From the human T2T-CHM13v2.0 reference genome, Homo sapiens: a DNA stretch of 64,000 bases. Shown in pieces: positions 54,360 to 64,000 of the stretch. The number at the start of each line of letters is the position of its first letter. Within the stretch, counting starts at the first letter, position 1. Position numbers and translations under genes: made by a program. The notes beneath the pieces are model-generated. The model was not told the origin of the DNA, searched no databases, and saw nothing but the letters and a program-made list of their open reading frames with translations. The DNA is taken from the NCBI RefSeq assembly GCF_009914755.1, contig NC_060932.1; one strand, given 5' to 3'.

Positions 54360-54595
54360 AATAGCCAGCATCTACTGAGAACTTAATCACAAGCACTGTT
54401 CTATATGCTCTACAGGTATTAACACCTTCAGACCTCACAACTGTCCTATGGGGAAGGTAATATCATCACCACTTTCCAGATAGGAAACATCCCCAGAAAG
54501 ATTAATTTGGGTTACCCAAGTCATAAAGATGTAAGTGGCACAGCCCAGATACAAACCCAGGCAGTCTGGCTCCAGAGCCTGCATTCTTCAACCTG
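54360..54595 (-). mobile_element. MIR
   Basis: acccaggcagtctggctccagagcc motif. Confidence 0.75.
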
Positions 54596-54640
54596 ATGTA
54601 CTGTCTCTTTTCCTGTATATTGTTTTCAGCTTTTTCTTTA

Positions 54641-54988
<348 letters not shown>

Positions 54989-55299
54989 TCAACAAATCCA
55001 AATCAATATCATCTTTCTTAAGGCTATATAACACTTCACTAAATGCTATAAGGTAATTTGACCAATCCCATATTGATGAACATTTAAATTCTAATTTTTT
55101 ATTATATGCAATATTGCAGTCAAACAGCTTTGTACTTACATCTTTACTACTTTTTGGATTATTTCCTTAGGACATATTCCTTGAACTGGAATTACTGGGC
55201 CAAAAGGTATGCACATTTCTAAGATTTTTGATCCATACTGCCAAAGTGAATTTCAGGGAGGCTGTACTCCTGCCAATAATAGTACCATCTATTAAGCTG

Positions 55300-55925
55300 C
55301 TGTGTCTCAAGTCCAAGTTCACTCTTCTCTACCGGGCCTTATGATGTGGGGCTCAGATTCTGCACACTTCATTTCTCCTGTCAGGCGGCTTCCCATTCAT
55401 CTCCACCAGCCGGGAACACACTAGAGGAAGACTAGAACGTAAAGGTGACAAAAGAACGGACTTGCTCCTTGCTATCTCCTATCCTGCCACTGGAACCCTA
55501 GCATTGGCCCTTTCCGAGGAGAAACGGTTGTTTCCAGTCTTCAGCTTCCTTCAGCTCTCAGAACTAGACTTCCCATGCGCCCTCAGAAAGCCCAACAGCA
55601 GCAGGGCAAGACATCTTTTTGAGAGATCTGAGACCCAACTTTGTGGGGCCTCTCGCTCAAGTCTTTGAAAGCAATCAGGCAGCGGGCCTTCCTCCTAAGT
55701 CTGAATCTCAGCTCTGTGGAGCCCCTCCTCCAAGCTTCCAATAATTCAAACCTCTTTTTTTTTTTTTTTGTTTCCCCAGCCCATGGGGTTGTAGCTGATT
55801 CAGGAAGTTATTACCTTGGTGTTACTTCAATTTTCCATTTTGCATTTCAGTTCTCCAGCATCTGCTTTATCAATTCCCTATACATCATTTTCTTTACTGA
55901 AGTATCTAGTGTGGATTCTATTTAA
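55300..55925 (+). mobile_element. LTR33-like ERVL LTR
   Basis: Consensus-like motifs recognised by eye; degenerate. Confidence 0.45.
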
Positions 55926-55968
55926 TATCTTAGCAACTTGGCATACCTACCTATCTTCAGGAGGTCAT

Positions 55969-56332
55969 TGTTACAGGCTAAATTTTGCTCCCTGAAAAAT
56001 TCATATGGTGAAGCCCTAATTCCTCAATGTGACTCTATTTGGAGAGAAGGCCTTTAACAGAGGTAATTGAGGTTAAATAGATCATAAAGCTGGGGCCCTA
56101 ATCCAATAGGACTGGTATCCTTATAAGAGAAAGAGAAATCAGGAGTGTACTCGCAGAGAAAAGCTCGTGTGGACACAGCAAAAAGGTGACCATCTGCAAG
56201 ACAAGGAGAGAGGATAACCTTGCCGGTGCCTTGATTTGCAACTTCCAGTTTCCAGAATTGTAAGAAAACAAATTTCTGTTGCTTAAGCCATTTAGTCTAC
56301 GGTATTCTGTAATAACAGCCCTAGCATACTAG
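55969..56332 (+). mobile_element. MaLR LTR (MLT1B-like)
   Basis: aattcatatggtgaagcccta, ccctaatccaataggactggtatccttataaga and aatttctgttgcttaagcca. Confidence 0.8.
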
Positions 56333-56952
56333 TAGTCAGCTAGTGAAATCACCTCATACTATTCATATCCTCAATGTTACCTACACAGACCATTATCTTT
56401 AGTATTTATTGTGTATAAGGATATTTAGTTAGGTGCTAGAGAAACAAATATATAATAAAACTAGCTCCCTGCTGCTGGGTCTTATGATCTAGTTGTAAAA
56501 TTAAGACGTGTGCATTAACATTACAATACAGGATAGCATATGCTAAGTAACAAACATAATGAAAATATTACAGGTAAGTTGCCCAAATAACTGATTCAAA
56601 TTAATGGTTCCTAAACTGTATAAGCCTGAAGGATTCAGGAAAAAAAGAAGTAGGAGCACACTTATTTTTTAAGTAACTACATAAAGCTTTAGTAAGCAAA
56701 GCCCTTTTTTTAGACATGGATTCAAGCACTCTCACCAGACTCTGCAAAGAATGAAAAGCTAATTCTTCCCTCTAAAACCACTGACACATTTTGCAGTCTA
56801 GATACTCAACTTTATAAAAAATCTTGAAAATAAGAACCCCAACTTTCAAGATCCTACATTACCTTCTTTAATTCAATAGACTAGTAAATGAGATCATTTT
56901 TTCTAGAAATGACTATTCACAATGCTGATCGACAGTTAAAAATCACTACTTC

Positions 56953-57301
<349 letters not shown>

Positions 57302-58070
57302 CTAGCTTCTTTTGCTTAGCAGATTACATCTGAAATTCATTCATGTTAATGGCTGTGTCATAGTTTGTTACTTCTCATCGCCAGTAACAATCCATTGTAT
57401 GACTAGGCCACAGTCCATTCCCCATTTGAGGAACATTTGAATTGTTTCCAGATTTTGATTCTTATAAAGCCATTATAAATATTCGTGTTTAAAAAAAATC
57501 AGTACTTTTCTGTCTTCAAAGTCCTTTCAGAAGATATTCTTTTCTACACTACCCTAATGTTGCCCAGAAACACACAAAAGCATACTCTAAGTTAATATTG
57601 CATCAAATTAAAATTTCTGACTTAAATATATTTCATCTTCAATACTACCTCCGTAACAGTATAAATAAAGCCTTAAGTGTTTAACGAGTTTGAAGCCTGA
57701 GGACAGTAGCTTTCAAAAGAAAAGCCAGTGTGATAAGGGTGGAGAACATAGTGACGTAATGCTCAATAAGGAAAACCCTGACAAATGCAGACTGCACACA
57801 CACAATAAGAGATCAGGAAAGCGAGGCTGAAGCAGCCAGCTTGGTTTCATGCTGCAAATTTTTGGCAGACATTCAACTCCTTCTGCTGTTTTCCTAGCCA
57901 GCACATTTATCTATGTAATGTCACCAGATCCAGAGAGGGAGTGAGGTTGGAAGGAGGGGGAAGAGGAGAAAAACTGTTTTACAGGCTGCCAGCCCTTCCA
58001 CACATGCTGTTACTATACAAAGGATGTCTAGAAAGCCAATGTGCTGCACATATTCAAATGCTGCAAGCAA

Positions 58071-58072
<2 letters not shown>

Positions 58073-58106
<34 letters not shown>
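58073..58106. repeat. (AC)17 microsatellite
   Basis: Read directly. Confidence 0.95.
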
Positions 58107-58110
<4 letters not shown>

Positions 58111-58738
58111 TCACTCTCTTTCTCCCCATCCATCCATCCATCCAAAGAACAACTGCAGAAAAGGGAACTGCCTTTGAAAAAAAGCCCATAATTAAAGTCT
58201 TGATCCAGAAGCAATGACTCCCTTCTGAAAATGATTTCAGTTCTTGGGGGAAGAAGGTGGGGATACTAACCCTATGGGGAAATAACCTGTATTCTGCAAA
58301 AAAGCCTGAGCTGATCTGGTCCCTGACAACTACAAGCATATGCTACCACAGAAATAAACAAAGTTTCTGTGAAGCAAAAGTATACCATCAAATAACAATT
58401 ACCTTATTAATACCTAATATACACCCACCACTTTGCCAAGGACTAGGAGGAATAAAAACGAATTTTAAGAAACAGTTTAGGGACCCTAGAAGAGTCTAGC
58501 CTTGTCTGCACCTAGGACAGTTTCCTGTTCTTAGCACTCTTGTAAGTAGGTGTCTGGGAGTATGTTATGTGTGTGTGTGCAGGTGCACATGTGTGTACAC
58601 AATAGTAATATCAAAACCAAAACTGTACCTGGAATGTAAAACTAGAGATCAAAACTCTATAGCTCATAGAAACAGTCAGGCCTATTTGCTTCTATAAATG
58701 GACACTCCAACTCCGTAACATCTTACGTTACGTCACCT

Positions 58739-58962
58739 CAGGTTGGGTATCCCTTATCTCTGAAATGCTTGGGACAAGAAGTGTTTCAGATTTCAGATGT
58801 TTTTTGGATTTTGGAATATTTGCATTATACTCACTGGTTGAGCATCCCAAATCCAAAAATTCAAAATCAAAAATGCTCCAATGAGCATTTCCTTTGAGAG
58901 TCATGTGGACGCCCAAAGAGTTTCAGACTTTGGAACTTTTTGGATTTGGGATGCTCAACCTG
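58739..58962. mobile_element. Tigger4a
   Basis: TIRs caggttgggtatccc / gggatgctcaacctg. Reverse orientation relative to the copy at 16767. Confidence 0.8.
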
Positions 58963-59024
58963 TACTAGCAAGTATAATAAATGAAGATATAAACCAGGAG
59001 TATTTATTTAACCTAAGAAATCAG

Positions 59025-59332
<308 letters not shown>

Positions 59333-59990
59333 TCAACTTACTCTAATCTAAAACCAAAAATGCCTTTTTCATAATACTGTATCTCCAAAACTATCATGCA
59401 ATTTGCCCCTAAGAACACGTCATAAGAAACAAATAGGAAATACCGTGTGCTGAAATCAGGAGTTATAAATAACTTTATTATTCTACAATGACAGTTTATA
59501 TAGACAATATAGAATCCTCAACATAGAGTAGTGCTGAGAACTTCCTTCAGATTAATTTAACAATCAACCAATAAAGTAGATAGTCTGATGAAAGGCTAGT
59601 TCTTTAATCCTAATTCTCCAAATATGGGGAACTGACTTAACCTGCCTGGGTTCTTCATTTGTAAAATGAAAATATTTGACATGACTAGCTCTAAAGTCTC
59701 TTTCAGTTCTTAATTTCTAAAATTATAGTATAAAACAGGGTTTCTTACTTTCAAGGACCTCATTATCTAGTTAAAGATAATCATAAATGAATTAGTAAAT
59801 TATGTAAGACAGTGACTGGTCCAGAGCAGTTACTTAAGAAATGTGTGGACTGAGTTCTATAAGGCACTAAACTGAGCTTTTAAGGGCTGAGGAGTCTAGA
59901 GAATGAGAGATGAAGTTGAGTTAACTTTAAAACACAGCAAAGGTTTCTCCTGGGACTAGGACTAGAAAGTTCATTAAAATTTTTATTGTT

Positions 59991-60328
<338 letters not shown>

Positions 60329-60647
60329 TTAATTCAAATTCCATATAGTCAGTATCTCATTACTTCATTTTATTGATAAGGAAAAGATACTAAGCATCAA
60401 GGCTTTAACTACATAAAACAAACATTTGCAAATTCTGTACTACTTAACCCCCCAAAAAAAACCCTCAGCCAAGTATGGCTGATATATACAGAGCCAGAGA
60501 GACTAGTAAAAGATTAGGCAGAGTGTGAACATGACAGGCTTGATCCACAGACAGTAACTCACAAAGCTCCCCTCATTAGGATAATCCAAAGCTAACATTT
60601 TCAACTCCAAAAATCCTAGAGCCTAAAAACTGAAACCCTATCCTTAA

Positions 60648-60954
<307 letters not shown>

Positions 60955-60990
60955 CCTCGAGTGACATTTTTTTAACACTGTTCTCAAGAA

Positions 60991-61172
60991 CAGTGCCATC
61001 TAGTAGAACTTTCTGGGATGATGAAATGTTCTATATCTCTGTTGTCCAATACTGTAACCACTAGCCACATGTGAGCTAGTGGGTACTTGAAATGTGCTAG
61101 TGGTTATCATTACTTTAACTTTAATTAATTTAAATTTAAATAGCTACATGCACCTAATGGCAACTGTACTGG
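60991..61172. mobile_element. MER3-like hAT element
   Basis: tagaactttctgggatgatgaaatgttcta and ccactagccacatgtg motifs. Confidence 0.7.
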
Positions 61173-61925
61173 TTTAGTTCTAGAAAGTCTATATATAGAA
61201 GACATTTTAAAATTGTAATTTAAAAGTTGGTGAATAAAGCAATATAAAAGATGAAGAGAGCAATTTTTTACCTTGAAAATCAATTTTTAATGTAAACTCT
61301 ACAGTAAATGACTCTGCATACACAGCACCCCTGTACAAGGCTGGCTTTCATACCAAGTGTCTCAAATCACATATCATCATTCACCTTTTAATATCACGCT
61401 CTCAAGTTTTAGTTTAATTCGTTGCGGAAAATACATTAGTGAGAACATTGCATATAAATAACTAGCTACATCAGAGAGAAAATCAGTTAGTTAACTACAA
61501 TGTGTCTCTTTCCTTGACCATAAAATGGGGATAACAGTAACTAGATCTGCAGAACTTGAATAAAAGAACAGGAACCATAAAGTAATCTGAAGTAAAATAT
61601 TAAAAGGTAATGCTATTAGTTTATATGAAAATAAAAATTTTAAATATTATCTTATGCTGTTATCTTAGGAAACTTCACAGGAACTGGATTCTTGCTGAAC
61701 AACCATATACAGCACCACTGTGCTAGGTGCAGATAATCTAGTATGTAAGTTTAAAAAGAAAAAAACACCCTACATAAAAGACCATAACAAGTATCTTCAT
61801 GGAAAAGGTGACATGTGACCCTGAGACGACTAATGGGTGCATGTGGGTGCATTTTACATTCTTCACAAAACCTTTAATTTTTTTTCTGTTTTTCCACAAC
61901 ATATTAAACATTAACATCCTTTGTC

Positions 61926-62240
61926 AGGCCAGGTGCAGTGGCTCATGCCTGTAATCTCAGCATTTGGGGAGGCTGAGGTGGGAGGGTTGCTTGAGCCCAG
62001 GAGTTCAAGACCAGCCTGGGAAACATATGAAGACCTTGTCTCTACAAAAAATTTTAAGTATTAGCTGGGCATGGTGACATGCACCTGTGGTCCCAGCTAC
62101 ATAAAAGGCTGAGGTGAAAGGATTACTTGAGCCCAGAAAACAGAGGCTACAGTGAGCCATGATCACAGCACCTACAGCCTGGCGACAGGACAAAGCCCTG
62201 TCTCAAAAAAAAAAAAAAAAAAAACAAAAAAAAACAAAAC
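61926..62240 (+). mobile_element. AluJ-like
   Basis: J diagnostics (gcttgagcccagg); TSD atcctttgt. Confidence 0.9.
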
Positions 62241-62292
62241 CACAATCCTTTGTAAAAAGCACAGGTCTCATTAAAGAAAAAGTACAGATTTA

Positions 62293-62614
<322 letters not shown>

Positions 62615-63560
62615 CTATTGACAATAGGCCAGAAGACTGCAGATCAGACACTCTATGTACTTGTTGAGTAAACATTGTATCAGAGCACAGAACTAGTTTC
62701 CTATGAGAAAGTAGAAATTGGGTTCAGATTCTAGGACTTCAACTTTATCCATAAAGCAATAACATTTACTAATTAGGGCAGATCTACAGAAATCTTGGGT
62801 TGCCTCAAAAAGATTCAAGAAAACCCAGAGCTCTGCCTGGCTTTCTTCCACACACACGTAGGCAAGTCTCTTCACGATTCCAAACCCTCAGCCTCAGGGC
62901 GCCCTACTGTGCAACAAGTCTGATTATCACCTCCCCATCACTGGGGTATGTGAGACAGCCCAAGTTTACATCTGTTGTCCTAGTACTTCCCTTCATCTCA
63001 AAAGTGATCTGGCTTGTGTAACAAATCTTATGGCCCACACCTTCACTAACCCAGCAGTCACTCCCAGCCAGCATTATAAACTGTTTGTGCTCTACTATGT
63101 GCCCAACCATTCTTGACACCAGATTCTTCTTTGCTTCCCCAGGGTTTCCTAAGCCTACTGGCAAAGAAGGTCCCTTTTCTTCCTCTGGGGTCACTAAAAT
63201 AGAAGGATACGAGTCCTAAAACACCAGCAACCATGATCCCAATCATTTGGAGAAAACTCATCTGAGACAGGAAACAATGTAATCAATTCAAAGAGAGAGC
63301 AGAGATAAGAGGAGATAATCCAGGCAATAATCTAATTCCCAGATCAGTTGTCCCCAAAAACCAATTCCATCCCTATCATTCCTTACAGTTTGGTCCTATG
63401 CACTAACAAATCGCCCTTTTTACTCAAGGGCTTCAGTCACTTGCAACCCCAGACCTAACATGCCCCTTACATGTTAATTTAGATTATATTTTATTTTCTG
63501 AGAAAGTCTATCAAAAGCCAGAAAAGAACCCAAGTCTAATATACCTAGTTTTAGAAACTC

Positions 63561-63817
63561 AGAATGAAAAGCTAATTCTTCCCTCTAAAACCACTGATAC
63601 ATTTTGCAGTCTAGATACTCAACTTTATAAAAAATCTTGAAAATAAGAACCCCAACTTTCAAGTTCCTACATTACCTTCTTTAATTCAATAGACTAGTAA
63701 ATGAGACCATTTTTTCTAGAAATGAGTATTCACAATGCTGATCGACAGTTAAAAATCACTACTTCGGCCGGGTGCGGTGACTCACACCTGTAATCCCAGC
63801 ACTTTGGGAGGCTGAGG
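63561..63817 (+). repeat. Dispersed duplication copy B
   Basis: Matches 56748-57004. Confidence 0.93.
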
Positions 63818-64000
63818 TGGGTGGATCACCTGAGGTCAGGAGTTCGAGACTAGCCTGACCAACATGGAGAAACCCCGTCTCTACTAAAAACACAGAAAAA
63901 TCAGCTGGGTGTGGTGATGCATGCCTGTAATCCCAGCTACGCAGGAGGCTGAGGCAGGAGAATCGCTTGAACCCAGGAAGCAGAGGTTGTGGTGAGCTGA
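63766..64000 (+). mobile_element. Alu (AluSp-like body), runs off the window end
   Basis: cctgaccaacatggag diagnostic. Confidence 0.9.

Noticed and set aside
62840-63400. ORFs 62904..63194 and 63058..63261
   Set aside because: No recognisable protein or splice context. Probably decayed ERV/MaLR-derived sequence; family not identifiable by eye.

Overview
Primate (human-like) genomic DNA lying entirely inside the KAT6A (MOZ/MYST3) histone acetyltransferase gene on the minus strand. Nine coding exons were mapped with canonical AG/GT boundaries and consistent phases (exons 3-11 in 17-exon numbering, about aa 201-634): the double PHD finger, the basic/Ser linker and the first half of the MYST domain. 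The stretch 39872-64000 is part of the long intron 2. Introns are dense in repeats: about 28 Alus (mostly antisense to the gene), two young L1PA 3' fragments, and old L1M, L2, MIR, MaLR/ERVL LTR and Tigger/MER elements. Almost all ORF-track entries are repeat-derived or spurious. The most notable non-standard signal is a CpG/GC-box-rich segment in intron 8 that looks like an internal promoter plus an in-frame alternative first exon, which would give a PHD-less KAT6A isoform. Others are a 19-nt candidate poison microexon in intron 7, an in-frame Alu-flanked exon 3-8 block (circRNA candidate), two dispersed local duplications, and a (GACGT)7 HRE/CRE-like array born in an Alu tail. Gene identity, exon numbering and repeat subfamily names come from recognition of the sequence, not from a database search.
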